A DNA stretch of 53,988 nucleotides, from positions 1 through 53,988 of IMG/VR virus record IMGVR_UViG_3300036781_000312. One strand, 5' to 3'. This document shows, in pieces, positions 17,468 through 26,194 of the stretch. Source of the DNA: a virus. Lineage: Duplodnaviria; Caudoviricetes. The stretch's first letter is position 1; each line of letters starts with the position of its first letter. A program made the translations under genes and the position numbers. The notes beneath the pieces are model-generated. The model saw only the letters and a list, made by a program, of their open reading frames with translations. It ran no database searches and had not been told where the DNA came from.

Positions 17468-18328
17468 CCGTGACCCGTCCTGCACTTCGATACCACGGCG
17501 GCAAGTGGAAGCTTGCGCCCTGGATTCACCTATTTTTCCCTGATCATCGGATCTATGTCGAACCGTTCGGGGGGGGGGGCTTCCGTGCTCCTGCGTAAGC
17601 CCCGCGCCTACGGCGAAATCTACAACGACCTGGACGGCGAGGTGGTCAACGTCTTCCGCATGTTGCGGGACCGCGGCGCCGAACTGCAGCGCGCACTTGA
17701 GCTGACGCCGTTCTCTCGCGAGGAATTCGAGCTTTCGTACACGTTGGCCAGCGATCCGCTGGAAGCAGCCAGGCGCACGGTTGCGCGGTCGTTCATGGGG
17801 TTCGGCTCGGCCGCAGCCACCGGCGAGCGCAGCGGGTTCCGCGCCAATTCCAACCGCTCCGGCACCACGCCGGCGCACGACTGGGCGAACTTCGCGCCGG
17901 CGGTGGAGGCGCTTACCGACCGCATGCGTGGGGTGGTGATCGAAAACCGTGATGCCCTGGCGGTGATGGTGCACCACGACAGTCCGCAAACCTTGCACTA
18001 CTGCGATCCGCCCTATGTGCATAGCACTCGCAGCGGTAAGGTCCGCGGCATCGTGTCGCAGGGCCGCGCCAGCGGCAAGGCCTATCGCCACGAAATGGAC
18101 GATGAGCACCACCGGCAGTTCTCGCTGGTGGCGCGCAGCCTAGAGGGCATGGTGGTCGTGTCCGGCTACCCCTGCCCGCTTTACAACGAGCTTTTCGAAG
18201 GCTGGGAGCGTTTCGAGCGTCCCGCCTATGCAGATGGTGCCCGCGAGCGCACCGAAGTCGTGTGGCTCAACGCTGCCTGCTCGATCGCCCTGAAGCGCTC
18301 GCGCGCGCAGATGGAGTTGGTGGCGTGA
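17464..18328 (+). pseudogene. Dam/D12-class DNA adenine methyltransferase, frameshifted at a G11 tract
   Basis: LRYHGGKW...YVEPFGGG in one frame; ASVLL...YNDLD...DPPY in another; G11 at 17569..17579, and G10 restores the frame. Confidence 0.9.
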
Positions 18329-19059
18329 AGTTCTTCACCGGCCTGCACCAGCCTAGCGATGCGAAACACTTTGGCGCGGCTTTCGTGAGCGTCAACCGCC
18401 TGCGCGGGCGAAAGGGCCCGTTCGCTGTAGGCGACTGGATCATGGATTCGGGCGCCTTCACCGAAATTAGCACGCATGGCCGATATCGGCATGACGTCTC
18501 CGAATACGCTGCCGAGATTCGGCGCTGGGCGAACAACGGCAACCTGCTGGCGGCCGTGGCGCAGGATTGGATGTGCGAGCCCTTCATCGTCGCCAAGACC
18601 GGCTTGAGCGTGTGGGAACACCAGGTGCTGACTGTATTGCGCTACGACGAACTGCTGAAGGAGAACACCGGCGTCTACATCATGCCGGTCTTGCAAGGCT
18701 ACGCGCCGGCGGAATACGTTGAGCACTTGACCGTGTATGGCGACCGCCTGGCGCACGGCCAATGGGTTGGCGTCGGCAGCGTGTGCAAGCGCAACAGCGA
18801 TCCGCGTGCCGTCGCTGCGGTGTTGCACGCCATCAAGACCGCGCGCTCGGACCTACGCTTGCACGGCTTCGGGCTGAAAACCACGGCCCTCGCTGATCCG
18901 CTGGTGAGCGGGCTGCTGGAAACCGCCGACAGCATGGCTTGGTCGTTTGCAGCTCGCCGCCAGGGTCGCAATGCCAACGACTGGCGCGAGGCGGTGACGT
19001 GGGCGGAAAACATCACGAATCGGCCGGTTCAGCACTTACTCGAGCTTGGGGCTGCGTGA
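18325..19059 (+). CDS. TGT/DpdA-like base-exchange (transglycosylase) family protein
   Basis: MDSGAF, PVLQG, VGVGS, LHGFG, ADSMAW motifs in TGT-barrel order. Confidence 0.75.
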   Translation: MKFFTGLHQPSDAKHFGAAFVSVNRLRGRKGPFAVGDWIMDSGAFTEISTHGRYRHDVSEYAAEIRRWANNGNLLAAVAQDWMCEPFIVAKTGLSVWEHQVLTVLRYDELLKENTGVYIMPVLQGYAPAEYVEHLTVYGDRLAHGQWVGVGSVCKRNSDPRAVAAVLHAIKTARSDLRLHGFGLKTTALADPLVSGLLETADSMAWSFAARRQGRNANDWREAVTWAENITNRPVQHLLELGAA

Positions 19060-19087
19060 AATGCAATTTGCAACTGGAAATGGCTAG

Positions 19088-20029
19088 ATGACAGAAAACG
19101 GGAGGCCGGCGCCCCTGGTGCCGGCGGAGGTTGACTTGCGCGGGCTGCCGTTCATGCCGCTGGACGTGGTCCGGCTACTGGACTCGGACCTATTCGCGCT
19201 GTCGAACGGCGATGAATTCAAGGCCGCGGTCGCGCTGTGGTGCAAGTCCTGGTCACAGCATCCCGGCGGCAGCCTGCCGGACGATGACCGCGTGCTGGCG
19301 CACCTCACCAGCACCGGCCCGCGCTGGCGCAAGGTGAAGGCGATGGCGATGCGGGGTTGGGTCCTGTGTTCGGACGGCCGCTGGTATCACCCTGTGGTGG
19401 CGGAAAAGGCCGTTGAAGCGTGGGAGCACCGCCAGGATTATCTGGAGGAGGCCAACAACAACGCCGAGCGCCAGCGCCGTTGGCGGGAGCGTCAGAAAGC
19501 GCTGTCGACCGAAATCCGCGAACTCGGCGGTGTGCCGCCGCGCAAGGCGTCTCTCGAAGCGATGGAAGCGTTACTCACTGAGTTACGGAGTAACCGTTAC
19601 GGCAGTGTTACGTCACCGTCTCAGAGTAACGATGCCGCGATGCCTAAGACAGAGACAGGGACAGAGACAGGGACAGGGACATATTTAAAACCACCCCCTA
19701 CCCCCGCCTTCCCGGTTCGGCCCACCGCGCCCCCGCCACCGCCCGATGAAACCCAGGCCACCCTCGCCGGCGAGGCGGCGAAGGCAATGCGCGAGGCCGG
19801 GGTGCAAGCCGTCAACCCCTCGCACCCGGACCTCCTCGACCTGCTGGCTCGAGGCGTTACGGCACAGCAGCTTGGCGACCTTGCCGCCGAGGTGAAAGCC
19901 GCCCATGGGCCGAAGCCCATGGCCTACGTGTTGAAAGCCATGCAGGGCCGGCTCGAAGCCAGCACCCACCGCACCCCAACCCCGGAGGAAAAGCCCCATG
20001 TCCCACGCGCGACCGTCGAAAAAGCCTGA
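19088..20029 (+). CDS. Replication initiator (DUF1376/YdaU-like)
   Basis: PFMPLDVVRLLDSD, LPDDDRVLA; internal iteron-like repeats; precedes a DnaC-like gene. Confidence 0.8.
   Translation: MTENGRPAPLVPAEVDLRGLPFMPLDVVRLLDSDLFALSNGDEFKAAVALWCKSWSQHPGGSLPDDDRVLAHLTSTGPRWRKVKAMAMRGWVLCSDGRWYHPVVAEKAVEAWEHRQDYLEEANNNAERQRRWRERQKALSTEIRELGGVPPRKASLEAMEALLTELRSNRYGSVTSPSQSNDAAMPKTETGTETGTGTYLKPPPTPAFPVRPTAPPPPPDETQATLAGEAAKAMREAGVQAVNPSHPDLLDLLARGVTAQQLGDLAAEVKAAHGPKPMAYVLKAMQGRLEASTHRTPTPEEKPHVPRATVEKA
19570..19690. repeat. Putative replication origin: GTTAC/GTAAC repeats, (GACAG(A/G))n run, AT-rich patch
   Basis: Visible repeats inside the initiator gene, as in lambdoid origins. Confidence 0.55.
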
Positions 20030-20816
20030 GCTGGACGTGCATGCCGAGGCCGCAGCGCTGATGCACCGCATCGCGGACCCGGCGCCGCGGTCCTCACCAC
20101 TTCGCGTGGTGCCGACCTTCGTCGCCGAGCAAGGCAAGTGCGAAATGCACGGAGCCTACGCCACCAATTTTCGGGACGCTGAGGGCACGGTGCGCTGGCA
20201 CACCCCAGGCTGTCCGACCTGCACGAAGCAGGCCGCGGTCGAACGGCTGATGACCCGCGCCGCAATCTCGCCACGGTTCCAGGACTGCACGTTCGCCAGC
20301 TACCGCACCGAGTCCGAAGGGCAAAAGCTTGCGCTGGACATCTGCGAGCGGTACGCCGCTGACTTCGCGCTGATGCGCCGTACCGGGCAATGCCTGATTC
20401 TGCGGGGCAAACCAGGCACCGGAAAAAATCACTTGGCCACGTCCATCGCGCGCACCGTGCTGGCCGACGGCTTCACCGTGCTCAATGCCACCGCGTTCGA
20501 AATCATCCGCCGCATCCGCGACACCTGGCGCGATGGCGCAACCGAGACCGAGCAGCAGGTAATCCAGGCCTTCGCCGACATCGACCTGCTGATCATCGAC
20601 GAGCTGGGCCGGCACCACAACGCAAAGGACGGGAAAGAGAGCGTGGAGCTTTTCCAGGTGATCGACCAGCGCTACCGCCAGATCCGCCCGACGGTGGCGA
20701 TCAGCAATCTGGACCGCGACGGGATCACGAAGGCGATCGGCGCGGCCGCGTTCGACAGGCTGCGCGAAGGCGGCGCATCGCTGGTGAATTTTGAATGGGC
20801 TTCGGCCCGCGAATAG
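19998..20816 (+). CDS. DnaC/IstB-like helicase loader ATPase
   Basis: GKPGTGKNHLA Walker A, LLIIDELG Walker B, ISNL, DRL. Confidence 0.92.
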   Translation: MSHARPSKKPELDVHAEAAALMHRIADPAPRSSPLRVVPTFVAEQGKCEMHGAYATNFRDAEGTVRWHTPGCPTCTKQAAVERLMTRAAISPRFQDCTFASYRTESEGQKLALDICERYAADFALMRRTGQCLILRGKPGTGKNHLATSIARTVLADGFTVLNATAFEIIRRIRDTWRDGATETEQQVIQAFADIDLLIIDELGRHHNAKDGKESVELFQVIDQRYRQIRPTVAISNLDRDGITKAIGAAAFDRLREGGASLVNFEWASARE

Positions 20817-20824
20817 GAGAAACC

Positions 20825-21052
20825 ATGTCCAAAAACACCGGGCTCAACGCGCTCATCGTCGTCGCCATCTTGCTGACCATCGCCGTCGTGATGATCGTCC
20901 TGCTCACGCTGCGCCTGTCCGGCGTGGCGCCCGTCACAAGCTGGACCGCCGGCCAACTGTTCGCGCCGATCTGGGTTCCGTGCGTCATTTTCACGGCGCT
21001 CAACACCGTCCGCTTGCTCGCGCTCGCCATGCGCAACGCCTGGAAGCGCTGA
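20825..21052 (+). CDS. Small membrane protein
   Basis: RBS AGGAG, two hydrophobic helices. Confidence 0.65.
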   Translation: MSKNTGLNALIVVAILLTIAVVMIVLLTLRLSGVAPVTSWTAGQLFAPIWVPCVIFTALNTVRLLALAMRNAWKR

Positions 21053-21076
21053 GCGTTTCTCCCGTCTATAAAAAGG

Positions 21077-21334
21077 ATGTCGATATGCAATCCCCCGAAG
21101 ACCGACTGCTGCGTGTTCCGGCATCCGATAGAGACGCCGCTGGGCAAGGTGACGGTGCAGTACGAGCTGCCGGCGCCGGAGACCACAGAGCAATTCCTGG
21201 CGATGTGGGAAACGATGATCAAGCACTTCCCGCCAGCGCCGGAGCAACTGGCGGAGATAGCGCGGCGGGAGAGCGCGCAATGGTTGGCGGCCATCAATGC
21301 GGCAAAACAGCCCGGCAAGAAGAAGGCTACATGA
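21077..21334 (+). CDS. Hypothetical protein
   Basis: RBS and coupling. Confidence 0.55.
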   Translation: MSICNPPKTDCCVFRHPIETPLGKVTVQYELPAPETTEQFLAMWETMIKHFPPAPEQLAEIARRESAQWLAAINAAKQPGKKKAT

Positions 21335-21474
21335 ACTTCGAGGACGAACCGCCGAGCGACGATGACCGCGACGTGTGCCACCACGGCGTCGCATTCGATG
21401 TCGATTGCAGGCGCTGCGCAGAGGAGTTGCGCTACCTCGACCTGCGCATGCGGTGTAGCGAGGCCGGCGGCTGA
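21331..21474 (+). CDS. Small hypothetical protein
   Basis: ATGA-coupled, CxxC. Confidence 0.45.
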   Translation: MNFEDEPPSDDDRDVCHHGVAFDVDCRRCAEELRYLDLRMRCSEAGG

Positions 21475-21911
21475 TGGGCTGGACCGCCGAACAGCTTCGC
21501 ACGGTCAAGGTGCGCCGCGCCACCGTCCAGGCAGGCGCCGGTGTCGAGCGCCGCACCTCGCTCGGGCGGGCCGCGGTCACCGCCGATGTGAAACTGCCGC
21601 GCCCGGTGGAATCATCTATCGAAGCGATGTTCGCCCTGCAACTGCGCGCCGCGCGCCTGCCGGAGCCAAAGCGCGAATTCGCGTTTTGCGAGGGGCGCAA
21701 GTTCCGCCTGGACTTCGCCTGGCCCGAGAGGCTCATCGCCGTCGAGGTGCAGGGGATGGTGCACCGGATCAAAGAGCGATTCGAGGCGGACATAGAAAAG
21801 CGCGCGCTGGCGCTGCTGGGCGGCTGGCGCGTCCTGGAGGTGTCGGGGCAGGCGGTGCGCGATGGGCGCGCGCTGGGGTGGATTGAACAACTGCTGCAAC
21901 CAGGAGACTAA
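21474..21911 (+). CDS. PD-(D/E)xK endonuclease (DUF559/Vsr-like)
   Basis: RKFRLDFAWP...IAVEVQG...GWRVL. Confidence 0.8.
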   Translation: MGWTAEQLRTVKVRRATVQAGAGVERRTSLGRAAVTADVKLPRPVESSIEAMFALQLRAARLPEPKREFAFCEGRKFRLDFAWPERLIAVEVQGMVHRIKERFEADIEKRALALLGGWRVLEVSGQAVRDGRALGWIEQLLQPGD

Positions 21912-21913
21912 AA

Positions 21914-22279
21914 ATGCAACTCATCAGCTTTCCCGAACAAACGAAGGTCATCGCCGAGAACCAGCCGGAATACTCCCCGCTGCCGGCACATCGGTTTCGC
22001 CATGAGGCCGAAGGGCGCATTGCGTGCTGCTGGCGCCTGACGTGGCGCGAGCGCTTCACCCTGCTGTTCACCGGCAAGGTGTGGCACCAGGTGCTCACGT
22101 TCGGCCACTCGCTGCAGCCGCAGAAACTGACCATCGAGAAGCCGGAATTCCGCGTGCTGGTCAATCCGTACAGCGGCAAGCCGCGCCACCCGTCGGACAT
22201 CAACAGTGATCCGTACGGCGTGCTGATGGTCGATCCCGACAAGGCGCTGCGCGCGGCCACGCGCATTCCGTCGGACTGA
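21914..22279 (+). CDS. Hypothetical protein
   Basis: Strong RBS AGGAG. Confidence 0.7.
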   Translation: MQLISFPEQTKVIAENQPEYSPLPAHRFRHEAEGRIACCWRLTWRERFTLLFTGKVWHQVLTFGHSLQPQKLTIEKPEFRVLVNPYSGKPRHPSDINSDPYGVLMVDPDKALRAATRIPSD

Positions 22280-22286
22280 AAAGGAA

Positions 22287-22823
22287 ATGATCATGACTGA
22301 ACAATCAGCAGCTGCGCCGGAAGAGCGCGTGCGCCGGCGCCACAAGCCGCGCGAGCCGGTCAAGGTGGTCCCGGCCGACCTGAACGCGCGCCTGGAAAAC
22401 TGGGGCCGCTGGGCGCGCACCACGTTCCGCAAGCAGCATTGCGCGAGCATCGAGTGGAAATTCTCCATCCCGAAGTTCCGCGCGATGGATGCGCAGCTCA
22501 ACGGCCTGCGCAACGCCGAGCTGGAGGCGATCTTGCGCAAGCCGGAGACGGAGCCGGTAGACGAGCCCGACGCCTGGGTGATCGAGCAGGCCGTGACGTC
22601 GGCGCGCATTGGCTACAAGGACATGGGCGTGCTCAAGGCGCGCTATGTGCTGCTGTCCTTCCCGCGCGATACCTGCCACGCGCTGAGCATCCGCCTGGGG
22701 CAGTACGACCGCAAGCTGTACGAGGCCGCGCTGCGCGTCGAGGAGGTGGCGAAGATTATCGCGCGCATGGGTGAGTCGCCCTTTGCGAAGGCAATGCGGC
22801 ATTTGAATGGAAAGGAGGCCTGA
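22287..22823 (+). CDS. Q-like late antiterminator (putative)
   Basis: RLENWGRWAR motif, C-terminal HTH-like region, position at end of early-right operon. Confidence 0.6.
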   Translation: MIMTEQSAAAPEERVRRRHKPREPVKVVPADLNARLENWGRWARTTFRKQHCASIEWKFSIPKFRAMDAQLNGLRNAELEAILRKPETEPVDEPDAWVIEQAVTSARIGYKDMGVLKARYVLLSFPRDTCHALSIRLGQYDRKLYEAALRVEEVAKIIARMGESPFAKAMRHLNGKEA

Positions 22824-22824
22824 C

Positions 22825-23022
22825 ATGGCCGACGAAATAGACCTGGCCAACGAGCGCGCCGAGATCGCGCTGGCCGACGCGCTGCGCATGCGCAAGCCAG
22901 TACTGCCGCGCATCGGACATTGCTACAACTGTGGCGAGCGCGCCGACGCGCTGTATTGCGACGTGGCGTGCCGAGATGATCACCAGCGCCGGCAGTTCAT
23001 GCAGTCGATGGCGCCGCGATGA
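22825..23022 (+). CDS. TraR/DksA-like C4 zinc-finger protein
   Basis: MADEIDLANE...CYNC...YCDVACRDD. Confidence 0.75.
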   Translation: MADEIDLANERAEIALADALRMRKPVLPRIGHCYNCGERADALYCDVACRDDHQRRQFMQSMAPR

Positions 23023-23225
23023 TCGTCGACTTAAATGGTCGCCCGCTGTACGTTGAAATAGCTGTTGGGTCCATTGTCAGGCTGCGCTCAGGTGGCCCCG
23101 AGATGTGGGTCACGGATCGAGACTTCCATGCATGTGTCCTTTGCTCATGGGATGAATGCCAAAACGAAGACGGGGAGGAATGGTTCCCGACAGGTGATCT
23201 TGAAGTCATCAGGAGAGCCCCGTAG
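23019..23225 (+). CDS. YodC/DUF2158-like protein
   Basis: GSIVRLRSGGPEMWV. Confidence 0.75.
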   Translation: MIVDLNGRPLYVEIAVGSIVRLRSGGPEMWVTDRDFHACVLCSWDECQNEDGEEWFPTGDLEVIRRAP

Positions 23226-23287
23226 GCGCCCTGGCGCGCGCCGCTTCGATGGTGAGGGTGGACCGGCCCGCCGGCGGCGTGTAGCGG

Positions 23288-23485
23288 CTATTTGGCAGCC
23301 AGCCTGTCCAGCGCCGCGCGGATGCCGGCCGACAGGTTGCCCTTGCCCAGCCGCTCCGCGGTCGCATATTGCGTGTCGTTCAGGCGCAGCGCAACCAGGT
23401 TGGAGCGCTTGCCGGCGGGATCAGGCTTCGGGCCAGCGCCCTTTCGAGCGCCGCCGCGCTTGGCCGGAGGTGCAGCTTTCGGCAT
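23288..23485 (-). CDS. Small basic putative DNA-binding protein
   Basis: RGGARKGAGPKP followed by an RHH-like segment. Confidence 0.65.
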   Translation of the reverse strand: MPKAAPPAKRGGARKGAGPKPDPAGKRSNLVALRLNDTQYATAERLGKGNLSAGIRAALDRLAAK

Positions 23486-23486
23486 T

Positions 23487-23798
23487 TCAGTTTCCGTGCG
23501 GTGTGGCGATCAGGATGTATTCCCGGCCGTCAATGATCGTGGTTTGAAACGCGGTGTCTTGCAGGTTTTGGTAGGCCTCGACCTCGCGGGCGAAGTCGGC
23601 ATTGTCCGCGATTTGCCCCTCGTCGTCGTGGTTGCGCACCGCGATCGCCTCCAGGTGCATGGGCAGGCCGTTGATCGTGATTTCAGTCAGCAAACGCGCG
23701 CGCGGATCGTATCCATCCTCATCGTCCGGCCCGTCGGGGCCAGTCTCCTGCCATGCGTAGGGGTTGATGGTGATCGCGGTAAAATTCGTTTCAGCCAT
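23487..23798 (-). CDS. Acidic hypothetical protein
   Basis: RBS GACAGGAG; D/E-rich. Confidence 0.7.
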   Translation of the reverse strand: MAETNFTAITINPYAWQETGPDGPDDEDGYDPRARLLTEITINGLPMHLEAIAVRNHDDEGQIADNADFAREVEAYQNLQDTAFQTTIIDGREYILIATPHGN

Positions 23799-23871
23799 AG
23801 CTGGGATACTCCTGTCTCTCGGTTCGGTTAGGGGGGAGCAACGTGGTTCCAGCCGCGCCCCCCGTTCAGGA

Positions 23872-24111
23872 TTATTTGATTTCGTCGATGGGCAAGCTTT
23901 CGATCAGCGATTCGCCGGTCTCCTCGCTCACCAGGTCGGCGATGCGCAGATCGTCGCAGAGGTCGTGATGAGGCGCGAATACTAGATAGCCAACCTCCCA
24001 ATTTTTCGCTATGGCCTTCGCTTTGGCTTCCGCCTCCGCGTCGCTTTCGGCTTCAATTTCTACTTCGGCGTAGCACGGAGCGTTATAGGCCAGCACCAGG
24101 TTGTATTTCAT
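23872..24111 (-). CDS. Acidic hypothetical protein
   Basis: VEIEAESDAEAEAKA motif; RBS GGAG. Confidence 0.7.
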   Translation of the reverse strand: MKYNLVLAYNAPCYAEVEIEAESDAEAEAKAKAIAKNWEVGYLVFAPHHDLCDDLRIADLVSEETGESLIESLPIDEIK

Positions 24112-24159
24112 GATCGGCTCCGGTGAGGGAGCGCGCCCCTTTCGAGGCGCGCCCGCTGG

Positions 24160-25143
24160 TTAGGCTGCGGTGACGAGCTGACCGGCCAGCGCGAAGGCTT
24201 CATCTTTCAGCTTCGCGCCCTCGCCGAACCATGCCGCGTCAAGCCCGGTGCTGCGCGACAGGCCGCGCTCATGGTCCACGTACTCGGTCACGGCGTTGAC
24301 CAAGCCCCACATCGTGCCCTTGACCATGTCGGCGCCGATTGCCTCGCCGTTGAACAGCGCGCTGATGCGCTTGTAGCCCTTGCTGGCGCGCACCTTGTCT
24401 TGCGCCTCCTGGCCTTGCGCGGCCTTGAACAAGTGGAGCAGGAAGGCGTCGGACAGCTTCTCGTCGACCTTCGCCGCCGCCATCTTGCGGGTGCGCATCA
24501 GGAATTCATCCCAACCGCTGATGGCAATGCCGAGCTGCTCGCGCACCGCCGCCGCGTTGAAATGGGCGAAATGCGGGATCTTCACTTTTGGCTCAGCGGC
24601 GCCAGCGCGCGCACCATCACCGGCCGCAGCGCTCAGCGTGTTGTTGCACACCACGCGGATGCTGGTGAACTGCGCGGTGGTCGCCATGCTGGCATCGTAG
24701 GACGTGGCGAACAGAAGATAGGGGCGAATGTTGTCGCCGTCGATGATGCGCGCTTCTTCGCCGACGCGGGCCAGGGCCCAGATGCGATTGCCGCCGCGCA
24801 GGCAGCCGGCGGTTTCGAGCTCGAAGCCCGCGCCCTTCACCAGCTCGTCGAAGAAGCCCAGCACCTGGGACGGTTGCACGGTCTTGTAAAGGTCGCTCAC
24901 GGTCGAGAGCGCAGCGCCGGTGTCGTCACGCACCAGCACGCGGCGGCCGTCGAACACCCTGCGCTCGCCCTTGTATTCGAATTCAACCGGCACTTCGGCC
25001 ACGTTCCAATTCAGGCCGGCGGCGGTGCGCCAGGTTTCCAGATCGGCGCCGGCGGGAAGCTTGGAGCCGAGGCCATGCCAGGGGGTTTTGCCAATAAAGG
25101 CGACGTTTGCGCGGTTGTTCGAGAAGTCGATTTCGTGAGCCAT
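24160..25143 (-). CDS. DUF932/DUF945-family protein
   Basis: MAHEI...PWHGLG...AGLNW...ETAGCLRGG...TSIRVVCNNTL...NAVTEYVDH. Confidence 0.9.
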   Translation of the reverse strand: MAHEIDFSNNRANVAFIGKTPWHGLGSKLPAGADLETWRTAAGLNWNVAEVPVEFEYKGERRVFDGRRVLVRDDTGAALSTVSDLYKTVQPSQVLGFFDELVKGAGFELETAGCLRGGNRIWALARVGEEARIIDGDNIRPYLLFATSYDASMATTAQFTSIRVVCNNTLSAAAGDGARAGAAEPKVKIPHFAHFNAAAVREQLGIAISGWDEFLMRTRKMAAAKVDEKLSDAFLLHLFKAAQGQEAQDKVRASKGYKRISALFNGEAIGADMVKGTMWGLVNAVTEYVDHERGLSRSTGLDAAWFGEGAKLKDEAFALAGQLVTAA

Positions 25144-25198
25144 GTGATTCTCCTGTCAGTTTGTGGGGTGATCCGGTGTTCCAGCACCGTTATTGATA

Positions 25199-25227
25199 AT
25201 GTTATACACAATCAAATGGGAACGCAA
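25199..25227 (-). promoter_or_regulatory. Putative promoter of DUF932 cassette (TTGCGT-17-TAACAT)
   Basis: Sigma70-like hexamers just upstream of the leader hairpin. Confidence 0.55.
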
Positions 25228-25295
25228 GGCTTTTATCTTGTGCGGTGCAACCCAGAGGGAGAAATCCTCGTTTTGGCAACGGGCGCGGCCATTGC

Positions 25296-25323
25296 TTGAC
25301 ACGCGAAAAATCCGTGGTATCTT
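25296..25323 (+). promoter_or_regulatory. Putative late promoter PR' (TTGACA-16-TATCTT, TG-extended)
   Basis: Near-consensus hexamers upstream of late genes, followed by a terminator. Confidence 0.7.
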
Positions 25324-25334
25324 CCCCACTTACA

Positions 25335-25445
25335 ACTCGTTGGGTGCATAGGCCTTCGGCTTAGGAGCATCCCCACAGCGCCTAAATGCCTGTGTGACGC
25401 CTGCCGGAATGGCAGGCACCCGCGCCAGCAAAAGGCGCCACGAGT
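25335..25445 (+). ncRNA. Candidate multibranch structured RNA
   Basis: Five to six mutually compatible stems between the promoter and terminator. Confidence 0.5.
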
Positions 25446-25460
25446 GAGCCCCGACCGATG

Positions 25461-25485
25461 AAGCCCGCCGATGCGCGGGCTTTTT
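25461..25485 (+). terminator. Intrinsic terminator (tR'-like)
   Basis: AAGCCCGC-loop-GCGGGCTT followed by T run. Confidence 0.8.
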
Positions 25486-25538
25486 GCTTTTCCAGCGTCC
25501 ACCCCGTTGCGTTTACCCGTCAACTACCTGGAGCTGAA

Positions 25539-25862
25539 ATGTCACTCACCTTGAAACGATCCCTCTGCACCGCCCTCGTCGCCATGGCCGTCACCGTCGT
25601 CGCCTACGTCTTGTTGTCGGACCACGGTACCGTCTCGGCGCTGGTCAACATCGGCGCGTCGATCGCTATCGGCGCCAGCTTCGGTTACGGGCTCAGCCTC
25701 CTCGACCTGCGACCGGCTGCCGGCGACAAGCCGGCCTTCCAGGGCTACTGCGTCGACCACACCCGCGCCAGCCTCGCGCGCGCCGCCGGCCGCACCAGCA
25801 CCGGCTCGTTCCTGCGCGGCAAGGGCATCGCCTGCGGCTTCTGGTCCCTGGCGCACGCCTAA
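25539..25862 (+). CDS. Membrane protein
   Basis: RBS GGAG, two hydrophobic helices. Confidence 0.65.
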   Translation: MSLTLKRSLCTALVAMAVTVVAYVLLSDHGTVSALVNIGASIAIGASFGYGLSLLDLRPAAGDKPAFQGYCVDHTRASLARAAGRTSTGSFLRGKGIACGFWSLAHA

Positions 25863-25866
25863 AGCG

Positions 25867-26040
25867 GTGAAGTACCTCCCCATCGCCACTGCGGTCGCCT
25901 GGCTGCTCACGTACTGGGCGTTCGCGGCGGCGAGCAAGGGCGGTGACGACTTCGGCGCCGGCCTGCTGTATTGGCTGGTGCTGGTGGTCGCCGCCCTCCT
26001 CTCGCTCATTACGTTCGTCAGGGCGTTTTTTCTGCACTGA
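25867..26040 (+). CDS. Small membrane protein
   Basis: GTG start, two hydrophobic helices; read by hand. Confidence 0.45.
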   Translation: MKYLPIATAVAWLLTYWAFAAASKGGDDFGAGLLYWLVLVVAALLSLITFVRAFFLH

Positions 26041-26194
26041 CGCAACCATCAATGGTCGACGGCGCACGCGCGAGCGACCCGCCCTTGCCGTGTGTTCCCG
26101 GCCGGCCGTCCTGTGTTTCATTGCTGTACTCCTCGGTGATTCATCCCACCACCTGGTGCGCCGGTTCCCCTGCTGGCGCACCCATTTATTCCTT

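Noticed and set aside
19647-19681. GACAGGGACAG repeats as additional sRNA targets
   Set aside because: Lack GGAG and the hairpin; in-frame TETGTETG linker better explained by the origin/initiator
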